This document shows positions 29,948 to 41,700 of a stretch of DNA of 64,000 nucleotides, in pieces. The first letter of the stretch is position 1, and each line of letters opens with the position of its first letter. The stretch spans positions 11,167 through 75,166 of the forward strand of contig CAJJAP010000001.1 of NCBI GenBank assembly GCA_905182185.1, in the 5' to 3' direction. The notes beneath the pieces were generated by a model. It was not told the origin of the DNA, ran no database searches, and worked only from the letters and a program-made list of their open reading frames with translations. Both the position numbers and the translations under genes were made by a program. This stretch comes from an uncultured Candidatus Poseidoniales archaeon (GTDB taxonomy: Archaea > Thermoplasmatota > Poseidoniia > Poseidoniales > Poseidoniaceae).

Positions 29948-30837
29948 CTATTCTTTTATCGCTCTTGGAAGAATTGTGAATGTCGTAACCATTTGGATGG
30001 CTTGGCCGTATGTGATGCTACCCTGATACTCTCTGCTATTATCATCTACAACAACACGCAATCTGAATTTACAGGTTTTCTTTGACCTTTTCTTACGATA
30101 ATGTTTGTAAAAATGAACACCAACCTTGTACTTCCCAGGGGGGGGATATTCTCCCACACAATATTCTCAACGGGATTATTACTGACCGGCTTAACGTTCA
30201 TATCAACATCCAATATACCACCACACTCACTTATTTTGTTGTTGAAATATATGCGCTCGCCATCAGGGCAAAATAAATGTAGATCTAAATCGTTATAATC
30301 GTCCCAAGAAAGAGTCACTTGAACAGCACCCGATTTGCCACCTTCTCTCATCAGGCGCTCATCCATGTCATCATCTATCGGAGCCTCAGCGATAGTAATA
30401 CCACTTCCAATCTCCTCTTCCGCAACTAGTACTGAATGTTGTTCCAATCCTTCTTGATTCTCTTCAATCCATTCACCGCGGCCATCTAATTCCATTATTC
30501 GGCGCTGTTCATCATCGGTTTCTTGTTCATCATTTATGTCTTCAATTATGTCGGACAGAATTAATCTTAAATCCACGAAATTTTGATCTCTGTGAGAATC
30601 TCTTTCTAAATAGTCTGAATATTCATCTTCTGATAACTCTGTGGTTTGCCTTGAACGCAATACCATTAGTCCATCTCTTTCAACAGATTCAATTGATTCG
30701 AAACCGCCATATTTTTGATGATGAGCGAGATCAGCTAATCTTTGATGTTTTCTTTTGATTCTCATGTAAATGGAACGTAATACCAGTGATGAGATTAGTA
30801 TTAGGGCAATTCCGCCCGCTATGACTATGCCCTCCAT
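29948..30837 (-). CDS. N-terminally anchored protein with an acidic linker and a C-terminal DUF2135/YfaP-like beta-domain; frame break at a C8 tract
   Basis: ORFs 30046..30837 and 29948..30157 join as ...VENIVWENIPPPGKYKVGVHFYKHY... if the G8/C8 run at 30138-30145 had 9 bases. The block VTLSWDDYNDLDLHLFCPDGERIYFNN..GGILDVDMN resembles DUF2135 (from memory). Confidence 0.5.
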
Positions 30838-30908
30838 AACCAGTATTGTACACTACTCCTTTATTGGAGATTTGGCTACTTTAGGTAAAATAACCGGGTA
30901 ATCCAGCC

Positions 30909-31964
30909 TCAAGATAAGAATGCAGCATTTAATTTATCCAATATTTCTCGACTTGGTCGCAATTCGCTATCAGGAACATCTATTAGAGCAGTTTCAACAA
31001 GGTCTAAGTCTTCTATGAGTGAAGGTTTGCTTCCATCGAAGTAGAGTAATCCAGTGACGTGCTTTGATTCAGTATCAGCAGCGTGCAGCGCACTTAGGGC
31101 GGCAACAGCATTTGTCGGGTCGTGCTCTTCAGAGATTGTTTCCAAACGAATTACAGAGCCATCGTGAAGAGTAATGTCACGGAAATGTCCTTCGGGAACT
31201 TCAACTTCCTTCATCGGTTCACGGTTTGGGATATAATCGGCAATGTGCAAGGTTACATTGTTATCTTTAACATAGCCATAAGACTTCAAAGATTCATCGT
31301 TATTGTTGAATGTAACGCATGGGGAAATAATATCTATCAATGCAAATCCTTTGTGTGACATTGCTGCTTTTATCAATGAATTAAGTTGCTTCTTTGAACC
31401 TGAAAAGGAACGGGCTACGAATGAACATCCAAGATTGATTGCAAGTGCGCACAAATCAATAGGCTGCGTCTGATTCGGAGTACCCTTCTTTTTCTTAGAA
31501 CCGATGTCTGCAGTAGCAGAATATTGGCCCTTGGTCAATCCATAAACTCCATTGTTTTCTAAGATGTATACCATATCCACATTTCGTCTAATTGCATGAA
31601 TTAATTGTCCAATTCCGATAGATGCAGAATCACCGTCTCCTGAAACTCCTAAGTAAAGCAAGTCTTTGTTGACAGCATATGCACCTGTGGTTACAGATGG
31701 CATTCTTCCATGAACAGTGTTGAATCCATGTGATTGTCCAAGATAATATGCAGGGGTCTTGGAAGAGCAACCAATACCAGACATTTTAGCAATACGGTGA
31801 GGTTCAATTCCATTTTCCCACGCGGCTGCAATAATGACATTTGAGATTTGATCGTGACCACAACCAGGACACAGAGAAGAAGGTCCACCGGTGTAGGAAT
31901 CCTTCGGTTCGTTAATCATATTCAATTTTATTACCTTTGCAGGTCTTGTTGGTACTTCACTCAT
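30909..31964 (-). CDS. korB: 2-oxoacid:ferredoxin oxidoreductase, beta (TPP-binding) subunit
   Basis: Contains CPGCGH, GIGCSS and the GDGD..IG TPP motif. It overlaps the alpha subunit gene by 4 nt. Confidence 0.85.
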   Translation of the reverse strand: MSEVPTRPAKVIKLNMINEPKDSYTGGPSSLCPGCGHDQISNVIIAAAWENGIEPHRIAKMSGIGCSSKTPAYYLGQSHGFNTVHGRMPSVTTGAYAVNKDLLYLGVSGDGDSASIGIGQLIHAIRRNVDMVYILENNGVYGLTKGQYSATADIGSKKKKGTPNQTQPIDLCALAINLGCSFVARSFSGSKKQLNSLIKAAMSHKGFALIDIISPCVTFNNNDESLKSYGYVKDNNVTLHIADYIPNREPMKEVEVPEGHFRDITLHDGSVIRLETISEEHDPTNAVAALSALHAADTESKHVTGLLYFDGSKPSLIEDLDLVETALIDVPDSELRPSREILDKLNAAFLS

Positions 31965-33748
31965 TGTTTCACCTCCTCAAGTTTTGCCATAATTAAGTCT
32001 GAATAGACTCTTGCTCGAGGTGGTTGACCATCAGAATAAGCAACAGAATGAACCTTTGTGACCAAATCATTTGGCAACTCCTTTCTTAGAATTCCCCACA
32101 GTTGCCCATCTCTATTGATTTCAAGAACAATAATAGTTTCGTGACGTCTAATGAACTCTCCAACTTGGTTTGATATTGGTAGTGCGCGAATTCGACATTG
32201 ACTGACCTTTAGGCCAGTCGCTTCAAGCATATCGTCAATTTCTTGGATCGTATTTTCCATACTTCCGATATAGATAATTCCAACTTCACATTCAATTTCT
32301 TCTCGCAGGAGTGGTGCAGGAAGAAGTTCTCTTGCACCGTTTATCTTCATCTTTAATCTAGCCATAAGGTCAACGTAGTCCTTTGGTTTTTCAGAATAAA
32401 CTCCCTTGGTGTTGTGTCCAGTTCCTCGATAAAGGACAGGGTCCATTCCCGAGCCAGGTAAAGTACGGTATGGGATTCCATCTCCATCGACATCAAGGTA
32501 ACGCCCGAAGTCTTCAAACGCTTCAAAGACCTCACGATCTCTTACTACCTTTCCTCGGTCCATATCTTGCTCAGGATAAGTAAATCCTTCACAGGCCCAG
32601 CGGTTCATTCCTAAGTCTAGGTCTGATAATCCGAATACAGGGGTTTGGAATCTTTCAGAATAATCCATTGCTCTCCAGCCAAACTCAAAACATTCTTCAA
32701 CGGTCCCTGGAATCAAAACGATATGTTGAGTATCACCATGACTTCCTTCGTAAAGCATTGTAATATCAGATTGTTGAGTACGAGTCGGCAGTCCAGTAGA
32801 TGGACCAACACGATTAACATCCCAGAAAACAGAAGGTACTTCTGCAAAATAAGCCAGTCCAATGAATTCCTGCATTAGAGAAATACCAGGTCCTGAGGTT
32901 GCAGTCATTCCACGACCGCCAGCCCATCCAGCACCGATTACCATACCAGCAGCAGCCAATTCATCTTCAGCTTGAATAATAGCACATGTTGATTCACCTT
33001 CATCATTTGTTCGAAGTTGAGGGACATATTCGATAATTGCTTCTGCAATTCCTGAAGATGGGGTGATTGGGTACCAAGCAAGCATTTGAACTCCACCGAA
33101 ATGGCAACCCAAAGCAGTCGCTTCATTACCATCGATGAAGAATTTTGCAGTATCTTGTTGTCTCTCCTCAACAACATATGGGTCTTCCTTAGAGAGATTT
33201 TCTTTGAAGTAATCACGACCCAATCCGAGTGCAGTGAGATTCAGTCCAATCGCTTTTTCCTTTCCTTTGAATTGCTTGGACAATGCAGATTCTAGTGCAG
33301 ATTGGTCGATGCCAAGTATTTCTGCTAGTATTCCTACATAGATGATATTGGTGACTAACTTAGCTATTTTTGGATTGATTTTGCGTGCCAATGAAGACAT
33401 TGGGACCGGATATGAGATAACATCCTCTCTGTTCATCTCTTTCTTTGCATCTGAATTCCAAATTACTACTGAGCCGGTTTCAAGAGATTCCAAGTCTTCA
33501 TCCCATGTTGCGGGGTTGACCAATACTTGGATGTGAGTTCTGTCGCCTGGTGCTTGATATCCCAAGTCAGAAAGTCTTACGATATACCAAGTTGGTAGCC
33601 CAGAAATATTTGATGGGAACATATTTTTCCCAGAAACAGGAATTCCCATTTCAAATAATGATTGAAGTAGAATTAGGTTCGCACTTTGAGAACCTGTTCC
33701 ATTTGCTGTAGCGATATTTATCGTGAAATCGTTTGCAATAGTTGCCAT
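31961..33748 (-). CDS. korA: 2-oxoacid:ferredoxin oxidoreductase, fused gamma/alpha subunit
   Basis: An N-terminal gamma-like domain (NIATANGTGSQSANLIL) is followed by the alpha domain (YPITPSS, ELAAAGMVIGAGWAGGRGMTATSGPG). Confidence 0.85.
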   Translation of the reverse strand: MATIANDFTINIATANGTGSQSANLILLQSLFEMGIPVSGKNMFPSNISGLPTWYIVRLSDLGYQAPGDRTHIQVLVNPATWDEDLESLETGSVVIWNSDAKKEMNREDVISYPVPMSSLARKINPKIAKLVTNIIYVGILAEILGIDQSALESALSKQFKGKEKAIGLNLTALGLGRDYFKENLSKEDPYVVEERQQDTAKFFIDGNEATALGCHFGGVQMLAWYPITPSSGIAEAIIEYVPQLRTNDEGESTCAIIQAEDELAAAGMVIGAGWAGGRGMTATSGPGISLMQEFIGLAYFAEVPSVFWDVNRVGPSTGLPTRTQQSDITMLYEGSHGDTQHIVLIPGTVEECFEFGWRAMDYSERFQTPVFGLSDLDLGMNRWACEGFTYPEQDMDRGKVVRDREVFEAFEDFGRYLDVDGDGIPYRTLPGSGMDPVLYRGTGHNTKGVYSEKPKDYVDLMARLKMKINGARELLPAPLLREEIECEVGIIYIGSMENTIQEIDDMLEATGLKVSQCRIRALPISNQVGEFIRRHETIIVLEINRDGQLWGILRKELPNDLVTKVHSVAYSDGQPPRARVYSDLIMAKLEEVKQ

Positions 33749-33986
33749 TGTGGGTTGTCCCCTGAGAGTTTAGTGGCGATGAAACTCACTCCTCTTGACA
33801 TTTGGGGTCCGCATACACCCTTTGAACATGTTGGAGGCGCGCTCACATTTTGAGTGCTATTTGAACATACTATTACCAATAAAGAATTCTGTCATAATGT
33901 GATTTTTTAAGTCTCTTTAGGTTTCTGTTGTATGTGGTAATGCTGACGGTTTAGGGGTGATACTCAAAACCGATTAGTATCTGGGA

Positions 33987-35011
33987 TTGAACATGGCCGA
34001 AGACAATATGTCGGAATCATGGCAAAAAGCAGAGAAATTGATCATCAAAGGGAAAGCCGAAGGCGCTCTTCTGGAACTGCGTGAAATCGATGTTAACGGA
34101 ACCCATCCAACAACTCTGCGTATTGCCGGTGAGGCAACTTGGGCAATAGCAAAAAGCGCTCGCAATAAAGGCGGGTACCGCAAGGCAGCATCATTGTTGA
34201 AAGAGTCGGTTAAGAATGCACCAAAGGATAAGAGAGCGAATGCATCTTATAACGAATTATTGAATGAAATGCAAGATTTAGGCTATTCGGAAACATCAAT
34301 GCCTCGTCTACTTAATGATGGAACTCCAACATTAGCAGGAATGGTGGCAATGGGCATGGCATTGGTTTTGGTTCTCGCCGGAATAACAGTTGCAAATACT
34401 GAGCGAACGGTAACCGCAACAGAAGCATATCTAAATGTGACATGGACTGATTCTTCAGGCTTGTTTAATAATGAAGTGATTACAATTAAATTAAATCCTG
34501 ATTCAGCACCTATCCATGTTGAGAACTTTGTTCTAAATGCGGACAATGGGGATTACGATGGAACCAATTTCCACAGAGTTATTGATAATTTCATGATTCA
34601 AGGTGGCGATTTCACCAATGGTGACGGAACCGGTGGTCATGCTGCTAAGTGGTTTGGTTATTGTAATGGACAAGCGCAAGCGAGTTCTTCGATGTGTGCG
34701 GAGACAAGTTGGACCATCCCAGACGAAGCATCAAATGGTTTGAAGCATACAGCAGGAGCACTTTCAATGGCGAAAACAAGTGCTGATAATACCGGTGGTT
34801 CTCAATTCTTCATCGTACCGAGTGATGGTGGTGCTTCTCATCTAAATGGAGTACACACTGTATTTGGCTACGTTACAGATGGCTTGGAACATATAGACTC
34901 AATTTCTAACAGTCCTACTGGGCTCAAGACGTACCAACCAATGCTGTAACATTGGTTAGTGTAACTACCGATTCGACTGAAAATATTCCTTGGTACCGTA
35001 CATACTTCTGA
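33987..35011 (+). CDS. Membrane-anchored cyclophilin-type peptidyl-prolyl isomerase; frame break near 34920
   Basis: Contains FHRVIDNFMIQGGD and GALSMAKTS..GGSQFFI. The listed ORF stops at 34949, but the expected family C-terminus (QDVPTNAVTLVSVTTDS...) continues in another frame to the stop at 35009-35011. One extra G in the ggg at 34920-34922 restores it. Confidence 0.75.
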
Positions 35012-35081
35012 GAGTAATCAATTGATTTGTTGAGCACCTTTGATGGGTGTATTCATAGATGTGTTCCTAATCGGATGCAAT

Positions 35082-37745
35082 ATGGCTATGATTGACACCT
35101 TCAATGCCCGACGAAATCTTTCGGTTGGCGGAGAATATTACTCTCTATCTGGACTCGATGAAAATGGTGTCGATACCAGCGCATTACCATACTCTATTCG
35201 TATTCTATTAGAAGGGGCATTGCGTGGTAATGATGGCTTCTTGATCAGCGAAGATGACATTAGAAATATTGCTGCTTGGACTGCAAATGGCGAGCGAGGA
35301 GAAATACCGTTTAGGCCATCAAGAGTAATTCTTCAAGATTTTACTGGAGTTCCAGCAGTGGTTGATTTGGCTGCACTAAGAGATGCAATGGTTGAGATGG
35401 GCGGAGACCCTGAAAAAGTCAATCCACAAGTTCCAGTTGACCTTGTTATCGACCATTCAGTTCAAGTTGATGTTTCAGGTGCTCATAGTAATGCATTGGA
35501 AATGAATTTAGATATTGAATATCACAGAAATATGGAAAGATACACATTCCTAAAATGGGGTCAACAATCCTTAGCAGATTTCCAAGCAGTACCACCCTCA
35601 AGAGGAATTGTTCACCAAGTGAATTTAGAGTATTTGGCAAGCGTTGCTAGACAAGAAAATGGACTTTGGTTGGCAGATACACTCGTAGGAACCGATTCTC
35701 ATACAACAATGATCAATGGATTAGGAGTTCTTGGTTGGGGTGTTGGCGGAATTGAGGCTGAAGCTGTAATGCTTGGTCAACCAATTTACATGCTAGCACC
35801 AGACGTTGTCGGAGTTCGTTTAACCGGTAAACTAAATCCAGGTGTTACCGCTACCGATATGACTCTTAGAATCGTAGAAATTCTTAGAAAGAAAGGCGTT
35901 GTTGGAAAATTTGTTGAATTCTTTGGCCAAGGTATGACCGCATTATCTCTTGCAGATAGAGCCACAATCGCTAATATGGCTCCAGAATATGGTGCAACCT
36001 GTGGTTTCTTCCCTGTAGATGAAAGAACATTGGAATATTTGCGTTTGACCGGAAGAGAAGAGAGTGCAATAGAAGGCGTTGAAGCGTATTCTAAGGCGCA
36101 GGGACTTTGGTATTCATCTACAGATCCTGAGAAATCATATACTTCAACAGTGGAATTGGACTTGACTACCATTCAGCCAGCACTTGCAGGTCCAAAAAGG
36201 CCTCAAGATAGAGTTGATTTGAGCGCTATGAAGCAACACTTTGAGCATTCATTAACCAACGAATTAGGCCATCATGGTCACGGTTTGGAAACTGAGGAGT
36301 TGTCAAATGGAGCAATGGTTGATTTGGATGGGGAACGATTTGATTTGAACCATGGCGACGTTGTAATCGCGGCTATTACCTCTTGTACCAACACATCAAA
36401 CCCTGGTGTGATGTTGGCTGCGGGCTTACTTGCTAAGAAGGCTCGACAAAAAGGACTTACAGTTAAGCCATGGGTCAAGACTTCACTCGCTCCGGGTTCA
36501 AGAGTTGTTACAGAATACTATCAAGCAGCAGGTTTGCAAGAAGACCTCAATGCCATGGGGTTCAATGTTGTCGGATATGGCTGTACCACCTGTATCGGAA
36601 ACTCCGGTCCACTCGCTCCACCTATTGAAAGTGCAATTGATGAAGCAGGGCTAATAGTGGGTTCTGTAATCTCAGGAAATAGAAATTTTGAAGGCCGAGT
36701 TCATGGTAAAGTAAAGGCTTCATATTTGGCAAGTCCTCCGCTTGTTGTCGCTTATGCAATCGCTGGTACTCTCGAAATTGATATGTCTACAGAGCCACTT
36801 GGATATTCTAGTGATGGGGAGCCAGTGATGCTTTCTGATATTTGGCCAAGCGATGAAGAAATAGCAGAATCGCTTTCTGTTATCACTCCTGAAATGTTCC
36901 GTCAACGATATGCTGATGCAATGAATGAACCAAGATGGGATGGCATACCTTCCGAAGCAAGCCCACTATATCCTTGGCAAGCCGATTCAACATATATCCG
37001 ACTTCCAACATTCTTCAGTGGATTAGATTCCGAACCATCTCCAATACAATCGATTGAAAATGCGCGTGTACTGCTAAAACTTGGCGACTCTATCACCACA
37101 GATCACATCTCTCCGGCAGGCTCATTCCCAGCCGATGGTGCGGCTGGAAAATGGTTGGTTGAACGCGGTATTGAGGCAGGAGATTTCAACTCATTTGGTT
37201 CAAGGCGAGGTAATCATGAAGTAATGATGCGAGGAACATTCGCCAATGTTAGAATTAGAAATCAAATGGCTCCTGGTACGGAAGGTGGATACGCTCTCAA
37301 CCATGAAACAGGTGAGATAACTTCAGTCTATGAGGCAGCACAAACAGCAGGTCCAAAGGTCGTATTAGCAGGTTCGGAATATGGGACTGGTTCAAGTAGA
37401 GATTGGGCTGCTAAAGGGACATATCTGTTGGGGATTAAAGCGGTGATAGCGACCTCTTTTGAACGGATTCACCGTTCTAACTTAGTAGGGATGGGCGTTT
37501 TGCCGATGACCTTTGTGGAAGGGCAATCACACGACTCATTGGGTCTTGATGGTTCTGAATTTTTCAATATTCCAGTTACAGATTCTGTTAAGCCTTTAGA
37601 GGTAATGAAAATCACTGCAACAAAACTGGATGGTACTCAAATTGATTTCGATGCACAAGTTAGATTGGACACACCTGTAGAAGTTGAATATTATCGTAAC
37701 GGTGGCATCTTGCACACTGTATTAAGGCAACTTGCTAAACAATGA
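35082..37745 (+). CDS. acnA: Aconitate hydratase
   Basis: Contains DSHTTMINGLG, CTTCIGNSG, NRNFEGR and SSRDWAAKG blocks. ATG 35082 (MAMIDTF) is preferred over the upstream TTG at 35040. Confidence 0.9.
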   Translation: MAMIDTFNARRNLSVGGEYYSLSGLDENGVDTSALPYSIRILLEGALRGNDGFLISEDDIRNIAAWTANGERGEIPFRPSRVILQDFTGVPAVVDLAALRDAMVEMGGDPEKVNPQVPVDLVIDHSVQVDVSGAHSNALEMNLDIEYHRNMERYTFLKWGQQSLADFQAVPPSRGIVHQVNLEYLASVARQENGLWLADTLVGTDSHTTMINGLGVLGWGVGGIEAEAVMLGQPIYMLAPDVVGVRLTGKLNPGVTATDMTLRIVEILRKKGVVGKFVEFFGQGMTALSLADRATIANMAPEYGATCGFFPVDERTLEYLRLTGREESAIEGVEAYSKAQGLWYSSTDPEKSYTSTVELDLTTIQPALAGPKRPQDRVDLSAMKQHFEHSLTNELGHHGHGLETEELSNGAMVDLDGERFDLNHGDVVIAAITSCTNTSNPGVMLAAGLLAKKARQKGLTVKPWVKTSLAPGSRVVTEYYQAAGLQEDLNAMGFNVVGYGCTTCIGNSGPLAPPIESAIDEAGLIVGSVISGNRNFEGRVHGKVKASYLASPPLVVAYAIAGTLEIDMSTEPLGYSSDGEPVMLSDIWPSDEEIAESLSVITPEMFRQRYADAMNEPRWDGIPSEASPLYPWQADSTYIRLPTFFSGLDSEPSPIQSIENARVLLKLGDSITTDHISPAGSFPADGAAGKWLVERGIEAGDFNSFGSRRGNHEVMMRGTFANVRIRNQMAPGTEGGYALNHETGEITSVYEAAQTAGPKVVLAGSEYGTGSSRDWAAKGTYLLGIKAVIATSFERIHRSNLVGMGVLPMTFVEGQSHDSLGLDGSEFFNIPVTDSVKPLEVMKITATKLDGTQIDFDAQVRLDTPVEVEYYRNGGILHTVLRQLAKQ

Positions 37746-38500
37746 GCCCGCTACAAATTGTAATGATTTACAAAGCACTACCTTCAAGGATGTTGGCGAT
37801 TCACCTTTGGTTGATGGCAGAGCTAAGCGGTCAAGTAAGGTATCGATTCAGGTCGGATGACCATGAGGTTCAGGTTTCCCTAGAAGGCGAAGCTGAATGG
37901 GTCGCTGAAAGAGTAGGGGAACTCGGATTAGAGGGTGTAGGATGGACTATGCCGGTCGGTGAAGCGGTGAAAGCGGTCAATCTCTCGCAAGTTTCTAAAA
38001 GTAATTCAAAAAAGTCAGACGGACGTCAAAAAGTTGTCATTGACGACACTCCTTTAGGCGATAAACCGCTGGATATGGGTCCAACGCCAGACCCTAGCCG
38101 CATCCCAGTTGTTCGCAGGCCAATCGGTGAATTAAACCTTCAAAAAGAGATAGATAAGATCGGAGTAGAAGGCGCTAGAAAACCAGATCCGATTGAATTA
38201 ATGGAGATGCTTGATGATACCGATGAGCCTATGCCGGCTCAAGGGAAAATGAGCGTTGACCCAATGGCAGAAGCTTGGTTAAGAGAACTGATGGAAATAG
38301 TTGTTAGAGAAAATGGTGGAACTGCTCTAAGGACCGAAGACATTGAAGAGGTTGCGAGTTCAAAACTCGGGAATCGCCAAGGAGTCGAACTTGAAGTCTG
38401 GTTGCAGTCTCTTTTCTCAGCAGGAAAGTTGGTCAAAATACATGGCGGTGACGCTGTCGGATGGGGCCCTTCTCCGAGATGGTTAAATGGGCGTATCTGA
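37742..38500 (+). CDS. Hypothetical protein, translationally coupled to acnA
   Basis: An ATGA start/stop overlap links it to acnA. No recognisable motifs. Confidence 0.45.
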   Translation: MSPLQIVMIYKALPSRMLAIHLWLMAELSGQVRYRFRSDDHEVQVSLEGEAEWVAERVGELGLEGVGWTMPVGEAVKAVNLSQVSKSNSKKSDGRQKVVIDDTPLGDKPLDMGPTPDPSRIPVVRRPIGELNLQKEIDKIGVEGARKPDPIELMEMLDDTDEPMPAQGKMSVDPMAEAWLRELMEIVVRENGGTALRTEDIEEVASSKLGNRQGVELEVWLQSLFSAGKLVKIHGGDAVGWGPSPRWLNGRI

Positions 38501-38720
38501 TAAAAATAGTAATGTTTTACTACTTTTCTCGATTAACAAGATATCCATTGGTCATAATCTTAAATTTAGGCGGATTTTTTAACAAAAACTCAACGCTTAT
38601 TATTGGGGCACTGTGGCGGGGGGGGTTTGTCCAAATGGGCCACTGGAGGCCAATTTGGGGTTTTAATTACGAATCTTAAAGGCAACACCATTAAAGTGGA
38701 AGCGACGCTCGCGGTAAGCA

Positions 38721-41700
38721 GTGATGATGATGTCAATCAAAACAGAGCAACTGAAGGCCCAAGTTCGCAGCACTTTCCTAGTGCTGATAATGCTACTTTC
38801 AACCACTGCCGCTTTAGCCACAACTTCGAGCGCTTCAATGAGCCGAAGTTATACAACCGGACGGGACCCCCAAGATGTTGCAATCGGAGATTTCAATTGT
38901 GATGGAGCAAATGATATTGCCATGGCTACTGATGGAGCTCACACGATAACTATCCTGTGGAATGATGGAAATGGTGATTTTTCAGAGCGCCAAGACATTT
39001 GGATTTCAAAGAATGTATCACGAGATGCTGAGTGGGATGAATTTTCTAATGTGCAATTCATAGAAGTTGGAGAGTTTACAGGCGACAACGCCCTTGACAT
39101 CGTAATTTTCCAAAGAAATAATCCATTCAAAACAGATGACAATAATGCACCAGCAGGTGAACCAGGTAACGTTACAATCATCGAAAACCAAGGCTGTAAT
39201 AATCACGACTGGGCCATCGGTGCTAGATTCACTCACTTTTGGGCATGGGATTTAGCAGTTGGTGATGCAGACCAAGATGGTGACGATGATGTTTACGTGC
39301 TTGATTTGCTGACCGATATAGACACGCAAAGAGTCGTCACCTATAGAGGACCAATAACCTCCTCAACTCCTGCAATGGTCACTTCACTCGGATCGGCTAA
39401 AGCTAATTCTTACCGTTCTATGGAAGTTGGAGATTGGGGGGAATCACAGACCGGCTTATCCGGCGCATGTACCGATGACGACATATTTCTCCTGAGGTCT
39501 TCAGGTGTTGATTACAGCACTGGCCAAACAACTAATCCTGGTAACGATGATAACGTGTCAATCGTGCAATTCGACTGTTTGACAAACATATATCCGACGA
39601 CTTATTCATATGGCTCAAGTCAAGTTAATACAAATACAATTAACATGGCAACTACATTTTCTAGTGGTTTTGATATCGGTGATATGGACGGCGACTTAGT
39701 GACTGATACAATCGTTTTGAACGATGGTAATGTAGAAAATGTGACCTATGTGACATCATCCGCAGTAGGAACTTGGTCCACGCCATCACTTGCGTATTTC
39801 GGGCCGTATATTTCGTATGCAGTCTCAGTTGCAGATTTGAATGGTGACAATGAACCAGATTTCGTCAACCCTACCGTTGCATATCAACAAAACACTAGCG
39901 ACTCTGCTGGAGGAACAACCTCTAATTTCTGGCTTAACTTCCCAACAACTGTACAAGTTACACTGTCAAATGGTGCCGGAGGCCACGTAAGTCCTCTATC
40001 ATACGAGGCAGGCCGCAGACCTAGCATGGCTGAGGTAGGCCAACTTGCAGGCGCATCAGGTTCAGCTCCAGATATTGTAGTTGGACACACATCTTACGAC
40101 TTTGGAAATTGGATTGACAACTTAGGATGGGAAGGGCAATACGATTCAATCTCGGTTATTGAAATGGATAATCAAGATCTATCTGTCACCGATTTAGAGA
40201 TTTCACCAGTCGACAGGTTCTTTGGAATCGTTGGTGAAGGAACACGCGACCTCAATGTTACGGTCATCAATACTGGAATGGATACTTTGAACGGACAAAC
40301 TGCTACTTTGGATGTCGAATTAAAGATAGTTGATGAAGCCAATTCAACCAATACTACAGTATATGCAATGGATTGGGACACAGCAGAGAATAAAGCAGGC
40401 TGTGGAACTGGATGTGCTTGGACTTATGAAGAGTATATCGACCAATCAACTCGCTGGCACGAAGAAGTGAATCACTCTGAGTTTGAGAGTGGTAGTGAAA
40501 ACTTCGCAGCCAACCAAAACAATCCTACAGATTTCATGTGGGCTGGTATCTATGATACAAATGCAAGTGGCGACACTTGGACCGGATACGGGCGTAACTG
40601 GGACGATGCTATGACGCTAAACGCAGTAGACCTAACAGGGTCTGACCGCGCATTCATGGGAATTGAAGTATTCCAATCCTTATCTTATGGTGCACTTGGA
40701 GGCGCTGATGCAAATGGCTGGATTATTGGCGATGTCTGGGATGACTTAGCGATTATTGAGGTTGGGAGCATCGAAACCGGTTGGGCAACGATCAACTGTC
40801 CACAAGAGGCTTTGATCAACGCAGCCTGTTCTTCAGGTTCATCAATATGGGGTGGTTATGACAATGACCGCTTAACCAAGCAGGGATTAGGAGGAGTTGC
40901 TGAAGGTAGTCTACAATTATGGAGTATACTATAGCGGAACTCACTACGGTTGGAACAATTTCACAGAAGATGGAGTTGGTGCATTTGACCTAAGTAGTTG
41001 GGCTGGAGAAACAGTTGACATTCGATTTAGATTTAGAACTGGATTTGATGGAAGTATTGCTGATAGCAATGAAAGCAGGTGGTCTGGACTTGACGGATAT
41101 GCAGTCGACAATATCACAATTTGGAAACAAACTACTGCATTCTTAGGTAACCCACAAACACAACAAAGTCAAATTTCATTAACAAATCTTGGACCTGGTG
41201 AAGAATATACGACCTCTTTGTCAGTGAATGTTCTCAATGACACTACATACAGAGTTAGTGCGTCATTGTCAAGCAATGCTTGGGATGAGCAATCACTTAA
41301 TGATGAAATCGTTGGATATTTGACTCCATTCAATCTTTACGACCCAGCGGTTGAAGGAATTGATTACTTCAAACCTGGTGGTTTGTATGCAGAAGGAATC
41401 TTCGACATTGGAGTGACGACAAATAATTGGGGTAATACCTTGGTTGATTTTGATGTTGAAGCAAAGGTATTCACCGCAACTCCTTCAGATATTTACTGTG
41501 GAGTTCCTTCAGAGATTTGTAAAGAATCATTCGAAGGCGGTTCGGAAGGATATCGATATATTGAAAGTAATAATCCTCGAGGAGCTGTATACAATGAAGC
41601 AAGTTGTAATGACAAGATTTTCAATAATAACGCATATTGGTTTGGACATCCATGTGAGACCGCTACTAAAGGATACGGAGATGCATGGGCAAATGAAACA

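Noticed and set aside
27700-30900. Integrated virus or plasmid at tRNA-Gln
   Set aside because: The att-like repeats prompted a search of the flanks. The neighbours are a Nudix/MBL hydrolase, a small membrane protein and a DUF2135-like protein. I recognised no integrase, capsid or replication genes.
38501-38720. Possible structured ncRNA upstream of the second giant adhesin gene
   Set aside because: Only short 4-5 bp pairings are present (ggcc-actgga-ggcc). There is no resemblance to SRP RNA, RNase P or C/D-box or H/ACA guide signatures that I could verify by eye.
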